Positions 8,956-18,237 are shown, counted from the stretch's first letter. The stretch is 24,737 bases of DNA from a virus (IMGVR_UViG_2718218399_000013), one strand, 5' to 3'. The notes: generated from the sequence alone by a model not told the origin. Numbers and translations are program-made.

Positions 8956-9545
8956 TAAAAGATTGTCTTTATATTCATAAAGTGATTCAAGAGATGAATG
9001 TATTGTTTTATATTTTTATCTTCTAACGTCTTAAAATCACTTTTTTCTGATTGATAAATTTCATTAACATCATTTTTTCTTAACATAATTAATTCATGTT
9101 CGCGAACATTAGATCCGATTGATTCAATTAATCCTTTCAGCTGGCTTTTGATTTTCAATTTTTCTGCATTACACGACAAAAAACAATCATCATATGATAT
9201 TTCATTTTCTTTTTTTTGCGGTGTATTACAGAACTCACAATAAATATCTGCAAAATTATTTAAATAGAAATTCGCCTGTGATACAACATCTATTCTTTGT
9301 AGATCTATAAAGTATTGGTCTTTAAGAAGACTAAATCTTTCAATGAGTAATGATAAGTATTTTTCCCTGTCACTGATTGAATATAATTCATCACTTAACT
9401 CTTTTAATAATTGCTTCTTATCATCAAGTGCATCAACAATACCTTTCAATATATCTTTCGATGATTCAATATCTTGCTCTACTTTCTCAAGTTCTCTTGA
9501 AACAATGACTTGATCATATTCAGGATAAATTAATTGCGCTTTCAA
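8955..9545 (-). CDS. coiled-coil middle segment of an SMC/Rad50-like ATPase with a possible zinc-hook motif, 196 aa; no ATG start, in frame with the upstream ORF across a single TAA
   Basis: Heptad-rich charged sequence; Cys cluster YCEFCNTPQKK...DCFLSCN; track start is TTG, first internal Met is near the C-terminus; upstream ORF is in the same frame, separated only by TAA at 9576-9578. Confidence 0.45.
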   Translation of the reverse strand: MKAQLIYPEYDQVIVSRELEKVEQDIESSKDILKGIVDALDDKKQLLKELSDELYSISDREKYLSLLIERFSLLKDQYFIDLQRIDVVSQANFYLNNFADIYCEFCNTPQKKENEISYDDCFLSCNAEKLKIKSQLKGLIESIGSNVREHELIMLRKNDVNEIYQSEKSDFKTLEDKNIKQYIHLLNHFMNIKTIF

Positions 9546-9575
9546 TTCCTCATAAATATTTGCAATTTGATTTTT

Positions 9576-10208
9576 TTAAAAATATCTTGCTTTTTTATTT
9601 GGTTTTTCTGCTAAGGAGTTAGTATCATCTCTCTGAGTTAAAAGGAATTTAAATTCAGACTTTCTTTTTGTCTCCTCGCTAGGAATATCAGAAAGAATTA
9701 ACGACTTCTCAGTTAACACTCTTAATTCATCAATACAAAAAAATTCAAAAACATTATTAAGATTAAATTTATGAAGAGTATTACTTAAGTTTGTTCTTAC
9801 TTTAGCCTCTTTGAAATTCAACCTACCATAAAAGTATGATGAAAAACTCTTTTTAGACGAAGCACTTTTGGAAAAAACCATCAACAGATTAGCTTCACTA
9901 ACATTTTCAATGCTCGAATCATATAATCTGTAATGGGCGCTATCCTGAAGAGACCTCTCAATTGTCATTACCCTACCTTGAAAATTAAATTCCAGATAGG
10001 CTAAATCATAACCTTGAGCATGATCGATATCTTTATTTTTTAGTTTTTCACTCCCTAATAAATATCGAATCAAATAATATATGTATGTTTTTCCAGAGTC
10101 AGAACCACCATATAAAATAGTCAATTTAGAACCAAATTCAATTATAGCATCTAATTTATTGAATCCGGTTACCTTTATTTTTCTGAACGTAAAAAAATTG
10201 TCATTCAT
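9576..10208 (-). CDS. N-terminal ABC-ATPase head (Walker A) of an SMC/RecF/Rad50-like protein, about 210 aa before an in-frame TAA
   Basis: FTFRKIKVTGFNKLDAIIEFGSKLTILYGGSDSGKTYIYYLI is a typical ABC/SMC N-terminal P-loop; candidate ATG starts at 10208 or 10226 (the track uses TTG at 10235); ends at TAA 9576-9578 with the next ORF in frame. Confidence 0.6.
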   Translation of the reverse strand: MNDNFFTFRKIKVTGFNKLDAIIEFGSKLTILYGGSDSGKTYIYYLIRYLLGSEKLKNKDIDHAQGYDLAYLEFNFQGRVMTIERSLQDSAHYRLYDSSIENVSEANLLMVFSKSASSKKSFSSYFYGRLNFKEAKVRTNLSNTLHKFNLNNVFEFFCIDELRVLTEKSLILSDIPSEETKRKSEFKFLLTQRDDTNSLAEKPNKKARYF

Positions 10209-10659
10209 AATTAAATTCCATATCATATTTGCCAATTTTATTTTTTATAATTGATTGCAACTGCTCATCAGGAATATCACTATATAACTTAACCACCAAA
10301 TTTATATTATGCTCCATCTGCGCAACATATTCATTATGTAGAGAATTTGTAAATGCATATGTTTTTTCAGAAGCTTTATATACAAAACCACGATGTGTAT
10401 AAATTTTTGAGGCTAGTTCATAGCCTTGCAACAAAGCCAATGATTCTAAAACAATCTCTCGTTTTAGGGCTAACTGAGCATCTCTACGGGGTATTGGAGG
10501 ATGAAGACTAATCTCTTCAGGTAAAAAATCCTTAAGATTTACTAAAATAAAATCAAAACAAATAAGCCGTTCAAGGCTTAATGAAGAAGGATAAATAGCG
10601 ACGAGCACTTTCGCCATTCGACATGCCACTTCTAAACTTGAATTATAAATTCTAACCAT
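10201..10659 (-). CDS. hypothetical small protein, 152 aa from the ATG at 10659; candidate small subunit of the cargo system
   Basis: ATG overlaps the upstream stop (TAATG); its stop lies 5 nt after the downstream ATG at 10208; AT-rich; no recognisable motif. Confidence 0.5.
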   Translation of the reverse strand: MVRIYNSSLEVACRMAKVLVAIYPSSLSLERLICFDFILVNLKDFLPEEISLHPPIPRRDAQLALKREIVLESLALLQGYELASKIYTHRGFVYKASEKTYAFTNSLHNEYVAQMEHNINLVVKLYSDIPDEQLQSIIKNKIGKYDMEFNYE

Positions 10660-11276
10660 TATCTCACCGTCCAAATTACTTCACCATCATTAACCAAATG
10701 ATGGCATATTCCTTTTTTATCATTTGCTTCACATATTTTTGATAGTACTGAATGTGCAATTGGTGTCAGAACAGCCTGCTTCAAGACTGCATTACACCTA
10801 ATAAATGCATAATTATGGTCTTCATAAAAGACGGGTTCAATTGAAGATGAAATGTAACATTTCAATGCTTTGAATACATCATCTTTAAATACTTCGCGGA
10901 CAAAAACCTCAAGCGAAGATGCAAAATAAAAATCATTTCTACTATTATTAAAGTGTCGTCTGTATGGATCATCAAGCTCTAAGAAAGAACTATAAGTTTT
11001 ATTTCCATGCTCTGAATAGGCTTGAAGCAGTGCATTAACATATACAGACTCTTTTTTTGAATTGTATGTTGGAATTTCATTTGGAGGGATTCTCACGACA
11101 TACAGCTCGTTAAAGTACTTAAAATAAAGGTGTGTATTTGCAATATCATTTAAAATCAATGATAAGGGTAGAGAGTAAAAAATACTAAAATCAAAATCCT
11201 CAATATATTTTTTTATTTCATCATCTAATGGAATATCAATCTTTTTAGTTATTTTTTTGAAATTGCTGAATCCCAT
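10659..11276 (-). CDS. hypothetical protein, 205 aa; possibly the C-terminal domain of the upstream Mrr-like nuclease ORF
   Basis: ATG lies 28 nt inside the upstream ORF with no clear RBS; one extra A in the A7 run at the junction would fuse the two ORFs in frame. Confidence 0.45.
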   Translation of the reverse strand: MGFSNFKKITKKIDIPLDDEIKKYIEDFDFSIFYSLPLSLILNDIANTHLYFKYFNELYVVRIPPNEIPTYNSKKESVYVNALLQAYSEHGNKTYSSFLELDDPYRRHFNNSRNDFYFASSLEVFVREVFKDDVFKALKCYISSSIEPVFYEDHNYAFIRCNAVLKQAVLTPIAHSVLSKICEANDKKGICHHLVNDGEVIWTVR

Positions 11277-11665
11277 GAATCAAGGACTGCTTTTTTAAGC
11301 TCGTTTTTATTTTTCAATAAATTAGAAAATGTAGTAGATAAATCATAGGGTGCCACAAAAAAGTACTTCTGAGGGATGGGATAATCACCATTCAGAGTAA
11401 AATAGATAAGTTTTCCAAACTCAACTACAACATCAGAGAACCCTAAACTTTTTTTGTACAGTTTGCATTGATAATTATCCCAAGAATAACCTTCTACGTT
11501 AGGATCCGATTTATATCCAACAACGTCTCTACCTTTATCTCCAGCTCCTCCCAAACGTTCGCTCCACGGGTAATCATCTGATTTACAGACAATAAGCCAA
11601 TCATGGACAAATACCTCCCATTGTTCATCATCCCATGTCAATATTTCCGAAAGTGGTTGAGACAC
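11249..11665 (-). CDS. Mrr-like PD-(D/E)xK restriction-endonuclease-fold protein, 138 aa; first gene of the cargo operon
   Basis: GGAGDKGRDVVGY ... YQCKLYKK matches the Mrr catalytic-domain pattern (G-x-G-D-x-G-x-D ... Q-x-K); GTG start with aaggag RBS embedded in the 3' end of int (int stop 3 nt upstream). Confidence 0.6.
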   Translation of the reverse strand: MSQPLSEILTWDDEQWEVFVHDWLIVCKSDDYPWSERLGGAGDKGRDVVGYKSDPNVEGYSWDNYQCKLYKKSLGFSDVVVEFGKLIYFTLNGDYPIPQKYFFVAPYDLSTTFSNLLKNKNELKKAVLDSWDSAISKK

Positions 11666-11668
11666 AAA

Positions 11669-12850
11669 TTAACTCCTTTTTAGTCTTTCAAATATCAAAT
11701 TACTGTACCAGTCCATCATAGACTTCCTTCCACTAAAATATTGAGCATGGTTATAAGTCCCCCTAATAGAATTTTTATCTACATGAGCCAACTGGATTTC
11801 AATCCAAGCACTCTCAAAACCTTGCTCATGCAGGATTGTAGAAAGGGTATGACGAAAACCATGTCCAGTGACTTTTCCTCCATACCCAATACGCTTAATG
11901 GCTTGATTTATACTCGCTTCGCTCATTGGCCTATTCGGATCGTTCCGCCCTGGAAAAACATAACGATAGTTCCCTGTCATGATCTTGAGTTCATTGAGTA
12001 AATCTACCGCTTGAGATGATAAGGGCACAAGATGTGGCCTACGCATTTTCATCCTTTCAGCAGGAATTTCCCAAATAGCGTTATCCAGATCAAATTCTTG
12101 CCATAATGCCGCGCGTAATTCGATGGTTCTCACACCCGTAATCATCAGTAATTTCGTGGCTATCTGGACAAGCTTACTCCCGGAGTAACCCTCTAAGGCA
12201 CGTAGAAAATCAGGTATCTCATCAGCTTTTAGGAATGGGAAATGATTGGATTGGTGTACTTCGAGAGCGCTGGAGAGATCAGCCGCAGGATTGTACTCCG
12301 CCCTACCCGTTGCAATTGCGTAGCGAAACACTTCGGAGCAACGCTGCCGCACTTTGCGCATTTTCTCCAACGCACCACGTTTCTCAATTTTACGCAGAAC
12401 GTTCAGCAGCTCTAGCGGTTTAATCTCTCCCACAGGCCTTGTTCCGACATAAGGAAAAATGTCGTTCTTAAACGCTTCCATGATGTCTGATGCATATCCC
12501 GCCGACCATTTAGCAGATTTAAGTTGATGCCACTCTCTGGCTATCTTTTCGAAGGCGTTCTCTGACTCTGTTTGCATAGCTAGCTTTTGCTCTTTTCGAA
12601 CCTCACTAGGGTTCTTTCCTTCTGCCACAAGTTTTCGAGCTTCATCACGACGGGAACGAGCATCGGCAAGGGTGATCGTTGGGTAAACACCAAGCGAGAT
12701 CATTTTGGGTTTGCCGGCATAGCGATAGCGGAACCGCCAACTCTTGCTTCCATTAGGTTCTATAAGTAATGACAACCCTAGCCCATCTCCAAATGTATAG
12801 GCTTTAGCTTCAGGCTTAGCGCGGCGAATCTGCATATCGTTTAAAGGCAT
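11669..12850 (-). CDS. P4-family tyrosine integrase, 393 aa
   Basis: N-terminus MPLNDMQIRRAKPEAKAYTFGDGLGLSLLIEPNGSKSWRFRY typical of P4/CP4-type integrases; C-terminal GHGFRHT ... Y catalytic region; adjacent to a partial thrW copy; the track's 12901 start adds 17 Cys-rich residues. Confidence 0.85.
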   Translation of the reverse strand: MPLNDMQIRRAKPEAKAYTFGDGLGLSLLIEPNGSKSWRFRYRYAGKPKMISLGVYPTITLADARSRRDEARKLVAEGKNPSEVRKEQKLAMQTESENAFEKIAREWHQLKSAKWSAGYASDIMEAFKNDIFPYVGTRPVGEIKPLELLNVLRKIEKRGALEKMRKVRQRCSEVFRYAIATGRAEYNPAADLSSALEVHQSNHFPFLKADEIPDFLRALEGYSGSKLVQIATKLLMITGVRTIELRAALWQEFDLDNAIWEIPAERMKMRRPHLVPLSSQAVDLLNELKIMTGNYRYVFPGRNDPNRPMSEASINQAIKRIGYGGKVTGHGFRHTLSTILHEQGFESAWIEIQLAHVDKNSIRGTYNHAQYFSGRKSMMDWYSNLIFERLKRS

Positions 12851-13012
12851 GTGTATAGGAATCCAGACCGAACAGGAACATATACACAATCCTATACACA
12901 TTCAGTACCGGATTCTACTGGATGGTTACGGACTACTATGGACTTAAAAGAATAAAAAATGTTATAAATCAGAGATTTTATGGACTAATACGGACGTTTG
13001 AGGAAGTTGAGA

Positions 13013-13058
13013 TGGTGCCGATAATAGGAGTCGAACCTACGACCTTCGCATTACGAAT
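13013..13058 (-). repeat. direct repeat: 46-nt copy of the thrW 3' end (att core) between the two elements
   Basis: 13013-13058 is identical to 23294-23339 (tggtgccgataataggagtcgaacctacgaccttcgcattacgaat); the 5' half of the tRNA is absent. Confidence 0.85.
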
Positions 13059-13405
13059 TATAAGAATCCGCTTCTAATTCAAAGCATTACCCCATCAACA
13101 CTGCGCTCACACGTCCCACCACATCAAAACATGTAAAGCCTTGCAAGCCATTGCGAGGCCTTATGTGTCTCAGTTTTGTCCCACCTTGTATTACGACTTG
13201 CATAGCCAATGAAGATAAACGTGACGACAAACGGCGCAGCAGTCTTCTTTTCTTTCACGACTTCTCCAGCATGCATACCTTTCTGCCATGACTGAAGTGA
13301 ATGCCTGTTATGAGCAAGGATTGGCCCAGATGAATCGCCCTGGACTGTTGCGATCGTGAAGCCATAGACTGGGCCGCAAGCACGGGAGGTTACGATAAAG
13401 CGACA

Positions 13406-13771
13406 GTGCAGGATGTCATGTTAGGAGCGATAGAAAAACGCTTTGGCGATAAAGTACCGGAACAGTCCATCCAGTGGCTGACAGATAACGGTTCAGCGTA
13501 TAGAGCGCATGAAACACGGCAGTTCGCCAGAGAGTTGAATCTGGAGCCCTGCACAACGGCAATCAGCAGTCCTCAGAGTAATGGAATTGCAGAAAGGTTC
13601 GTGAAAACGATGAAGGAAGACTACATCGCGTTCATGCCGAAACCGAATGTAAGAACGGCATTGCATAATCTTGCAGTGGCGATCGAACATTACAATGAAA
13701 ACCATCCGCACAGTGCGTTGGGTTATCGCTCTCCGCGAGAATATCGACGTCAGCGGGTAACGTTAACTTAA
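13406..13771 (+). pseudogene. IS3-family (IS2-like) transposase, C-terminal DDE-domain fragment
   Basis: [25 protein letters not shown] ... [19 protein letters not shown] ... [15 protein letters not shown] resembles the IS2 orfB C-terminus; no intact upstream reading frame; IR-like sequence gataccccccctgtctggaaataagggggcaa follows at about 13775-13806. Confidence 0.7.
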
Positions 13772-13812
13772 GATACCCCCCCTGTCTGGAAATAAGGGGG
13801 CAAGAACAATGA

Positions 13813-14556
13813 TCAGATTCCCTGGTGAGTAAGAATTTTACTTTCTGAACTCCTCTGAGAGTATTGACTTGGAGAAACACCAAAATAACGTCTAAATACA
13901 TAAGTAAAGTATGAGACACTGGCATAACCACAGACCTTAGCTACTTTACTAATAGGATAACAACGAGTGCTGAGTAAATATTCAGCCATTTGCATCCTCT
14001 CATCAAGTATGATCTTACTGAATGATACCCCCTCTTCTTTCAATTTCCTCTTTAGTAAACTTTCGCTGAGATATAATCTTGATGATATATCCTTAAGACG
14101 CCATGGTGCAGATAAATCCGTATGAATAATCGTTTTAACTTTAGCCCCTGTGCTTTTCAAACATCCAAACAGAAATACTCCAAATTGTTTTTCAGAAGAA
14201 AATGCAGAGAGACATGTAAAAGCAATAGACTCATCAAAAATTTCTATGTATTCAGCACAGTGATTAGCCCAACTAATTAATCCTTTAATTAAACTGAAGT
14301 CAGCAAAGTTTATTTTTAAATAAGATGGATATTCCCTACAATCAGAAATATCCCTTAAGTTATTAGCTTTCAAATAGCGACTAATAAACTCAGCGCCAAA
14401 ATCCGCCACTATCACTCTTTCAGGATATGTCAGGAAAAAATCTCTAGAGCTAGAGTCGACAAGTACAGATGAACCTCTCTCCAGAAACACACTCTCTTTT
14501 CCGAAATAAACATCAAAGGACTCCAAAATCAATATAACTGAACATGTAGTTGCCAT
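13813..14556 (-). CDS. AraC-family transcriptional regulator (AppY/GadX-like), 247 aa
   Basis: C-terminal double HTH WRLKDISSRLYLSESLLKRKLKEEGVSFSKIILDERMQMAEYLL ... GYASVSYFTYVFRRYFGVSPSQY; AT-rich; long AT-rich upstream region. Confidence 0.8.
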   Translation of the reverse strand: MATTCSVILILESFDVYFGKESVFLERGSSVLVDSSSRDFFLTYPERVIVADFGAEFISRYLKANNLRDISDCREYPSYLKINFADFSLIKGLISWANHCAEYIEIFDESIAFTCLSAFSSEKQFGVFLFGCLKSTGAKVKTIIHTDLSAPWRLKDISSRLYLSESLLKRKLKEEGVSFSKIILDERMQMAEYLLSTRCYPISKVAKVCGYASVSYFTYVFRRYFGVSPSQYSQRSSESKILTHQGI

Positions 14557-15138
14557 ATCATCCCCCCAATTTAACTGAAACCAGGATGAAGTATATGTAT
14601 ATAAAGTTCACTTTGCCAAACTTCAGTATAAAAAACCACTAAAAATAGGGTGTGATAAAAAATACCGTAACAATAAAGCAAAGGATTATAAATTCCGTTA
14701 CAGTTACAAATGATACTCAAGAAACAATTCCTTAGGAAAAACTTATTTACAGCCAATAAGTAAGACACTTATATGATATCAAGTTTTCATAAAACATAAC
14801 TAGGCTAAATAGCTGCGCCTAATACCGCTACACTTTTGCCAGCCCATGTTTGCCTCCGGGTATTGACCCCTTCTCTACGCAACTTCAGTTCCCACCACCA
14901 ACTTTGCGGCAGCTTTGTAGGATCAATGTCTAAAAGAATAATGGTGACCGATAAGAAAACGACTGAATAACTGCAGATTTTCGCTCAAAACCTTCCTGTC
15001 AGATCCATAGCGAATCAAGTGCTGAATGTCACAGTATCGAACAGAAAACAGTGACGATCTAACCCTTCAAGAATATTCTACGATTGTTCTGTTTAGGAAA
15101 AGCAAGACGGGAAGTCGGGAGATAAGTCATTGATAAAG

Positions 15139-15200
15139 TGGCGGAGAGAGGGGGATTTGAACCCCCGGTAGAGTTGCCCCTACTCCGGTTTTCGAGACCG
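15139..15200 (-). pseudogene. partial tRNA-Ser (CGA anticodon, serU-like): 3' 62 nt only
   Basis: Minus strand reads ggtctcgaaaaccggagtaggggcaactctaccgggggttcaaatccccctctctccgcca, matching the anticodon arm to CCA end of serU-type tRNA-Ser; the 5' part including the D-arm is absent. Confidence 0.65.
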
Positions 15201-15283
15201 ACCCGATCATCAAACGAAACATAAAATTAGCTCACATTATGAGGAAAGGTATCTTTTTGCGCTATGTAAATTCAAAGGGTTAG

Positions 15284-16153
<870 letters not shown>

Positions 16154-16210
16154 ATCTTCAAGTGGTAAGCATAAACCGCAGCACGATCTTGCATACGACG
16201 TGCTACGGTT

Positions 16211-16765
16211 TCATTTATCTCCGGCCGGAAACTTCTTATACAGTGTCGATACACCAACATCATAGATGATCGCTACCTTCTGGCGAGGAATTCCTGCTGC
16301 AATTAATCGTCCGGCCTGCGCCCATTGTTCTGGTGTAAGTTTGGGACGACGTCCACCAATTCGTCCCTGTGCGCGAGCAGCTTCCAGTCCAGCTTTTGTT
16401 CGTTCAACAATCAGTTCTCGTTCCATTTCAGCCAGGGCCCCCATCACATGAAAGAAAAAGCGCCCCATTGGGGTACTGGTATCAATAGCATCCGTCAGGC
16501 TGCGAAAATTAACGCCACGTTCGCGCAACTCCTCAACCAGAATGACCAGATGCCGCATACTGCGCCCCAGCCGATCCAGTTTCCAGACAACCAGAGTGTC
16601 ACCTGCCGATAATGTCCTGAGCAGTTTTTTCAGTCCCGGCCTTTCGGACTTTGTACCGCTTATCTTGTCTTCAAAAATCAGCTCGCATCCTGCACAGTTC
16701 AGCGCATTACGTTGTAGATCTGTGTTCTGGTCATTTGTTGACACACGTACATAGCCAATAAGCAT
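16211..16765 (-). CDS. pin: Pin/Gin/Hin-family serine DNA invertase, 184 aa
   Basis: MLIGYVRVSTNDQNTDLQRNAL ... GDTLVVWKLDRLGRSM ... GRIGGRRPKLT is near-identical to the e14 Pin sequence as recalled; a 26-bp crossover-type site lies just upstream. Confidence 0.9.
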   Translation of the reverse strand: MLIGYVRVSTNDQNTDLQRNALNCAGCELIFEDKISGTKSERPGLKKLLRTLSAGDTLVVWKLDRLGRSMRHLVILVEELRERGVNFRSLTDAIDTSTPMGRFFFHVMGALAEMERELIVERTKAGLEAARAQGRIGGRRPKLTPEQWAQAGRLIAAGIPRQKVAIIYDVGVSTLYKKFPAGDK

Positions 16766-16819
16766 GGTAGATCTCCCTGACAAAAGCAGGAATGATGCCA
16801 TTTGCTCGTTATTTCTGCA

Positions 16820-16845
16820 TTTTCATAAACGTTGGTTTGGGAGAA
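16820..16845. repeat. pix/gix-type recombination site (proximal) of the invertible segment
   Basis: ttttcataaacgttggtttgggagaa; its reverse complement shares the half-site ttctcccaaaccaa with the site at 18373-18398 and fits the Hin/Gin crossover-site pattern. Confidence 0.6.
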
Positions 16846-17254
16846 GCGGCAAAACGGGATGTGGGGACAGGGGAAAATCAGATACCGGACATGGCTCTTT
16901 GCCATGTATGGATGGATGAAATTACCCAACGGGAAAATCCTGCAATATGTCTGGTGCGGTTTCCCGCATTATCGACGCCGTGAATTCATTCGATCTATCC
17001 CAGGCGACTGCGCGAATTATTCTGGAGGCAGTACCTTTAGGCCGGGTAGGCGAGGTGCGGGACACGCAATTAACTTTCATGATGCATCGCGAATCACCAG
17101 GACACGATTAATTACAGTTGTGGGTGTGGTGGAATTTTTTCAGTCAGGGAATATGCATTATTTTGTAGGCAAATAATGACCTGTTTTTGATGAAAATGGG
17201 CTGGCTACAGGCGCATATGGTGTTTATATATGCTAATCTGAGTATAGGCTGTCG

Positions 17255-17708
17255 ATGAAAATTATATGCGTAGTATGCCGCCTGCATGGTATTGACCCTG
17301 GCGAAAACATTCCGGGAAGAGTTGCAGTATTTACAGGTAAGGGATGGAGCCATGAAGAAGACCATCGCAATGAGACTGTTTACTCAATCGAAAATGGCGC
17401 AGCTGTTACAGTGGATTATATCGGTGCCATCAAAGACGGTTATGTCACGATTTCACCGTTAACGCCATACGATAAATGGGATGGTGAGAAATGGGTGACA
17501 GACACTGAGGCACAACACAGTGCCGCAGTAGACGCGGCAGAAGCACAGCGCCAATCACTGATTGATGCAGCAATGGCTTCCATTAGTCTGATTCAGCTGA
17601 GTTACAGGCCGGACGGAAACTGACTCAGGCAGAAACAACCCGACTTAACGCCGTGCTGGATTACATTGACGCGGTGACGCAACATACCACCGCGCCGATT
17701 CATCTGGC
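17255..17708 (+). pseudogene. tail fibre assembly protein (Tfa-family), frameshifted twice near the 3' end
   Basis: GYVTISPLTPYDKWDGEKWVTDTEAQHSAAVDAAEAQRQSLIDAAMASISLIQL, then LTQAETTRLNAVLDYIDAVT and IWPELPEA-stop in two other frames (about 17600-17708). Confidence 0.65.
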
Positions 17709-18237
17709 CTGAACTGCCGGAGGCGTAGGCCATTCAATATCTGGCGCACCGGAAGTATCGACCAGCTCCAGTGCGTCCATTTCCGATTATATCGTCATTC
17801 GTCACCTTCAGGACCATCCCTTACCGCATTGCTACTGTTCATGTATTCGTTGGCCTGGTTAATTAGTAGCTGTCTTTCTGATTCAGTAATTTCAATAAGC
17901 TCTTCATGCGTGGTAGATATCTGCCACGCAGCAGCCATCATTCGCAATACGGATTTCCGCGGCACTGTAGCCAGCCATTTTCATCAAAACAGTTTCATTA
18001 TTTAGCCCTCACCAGAAAGTTAAATGCAATATTTCGCGGTCTGACTGCAACAAAATTCACACCATCACCCACAGACTGTGAATTAATCGTGAATCCTGGC
18101 TGATTTCCGGCGATGCCATCATGAAAGTTAATTGCGTGTCCCGCACCTTCGCCTATATCCGCAACTGAGAAAGTTGTAGCGCCTGCCAGCTAATAATGCG
18201 ACACGTCTGCACTCGCCGTCATCCAGATACGAATGAA

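Noticed and set aside
11741-12769. Three antisense ORFs inside the satellite integrase
   Set aside because: Embedded in the integrase gene, whose frame carries the catalytic motifs.
13013-13058. Possibility that this is a second functional tRNA-Thr gene
   Set aside because: Only the 3' 46 nt are present; the 5' acceptor and D arms are missing, so it is an att-site duplication.
13493-13931. Minus-strand ORFs (13493-13711, 13632-13931) overlapping the IS2-like fragment
   Set aside because: Antisense to the transposase-derived frame and spanning the IS end; no independent support.
14571-14768. 65-aa ORF upstream of the AraC regulator
   Set aside because: Sits in the AT-rich promoter region of the regulator; composition-driven.
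16266-16754. Plus-strand ORFs antisense to pin
   Set aside because: Embedded in the well-conserved invertase gene.
16699-18103. Several short ORFs inside the invertible segment (16699-16929, 16792-16983, 16832-17176, 17144-17365, 17906-18103)
   Set aside because: Best explained as decayed tail-fibre variable exons and Tfa remnants read in shifted frames; two of them simply read through the crossover site.
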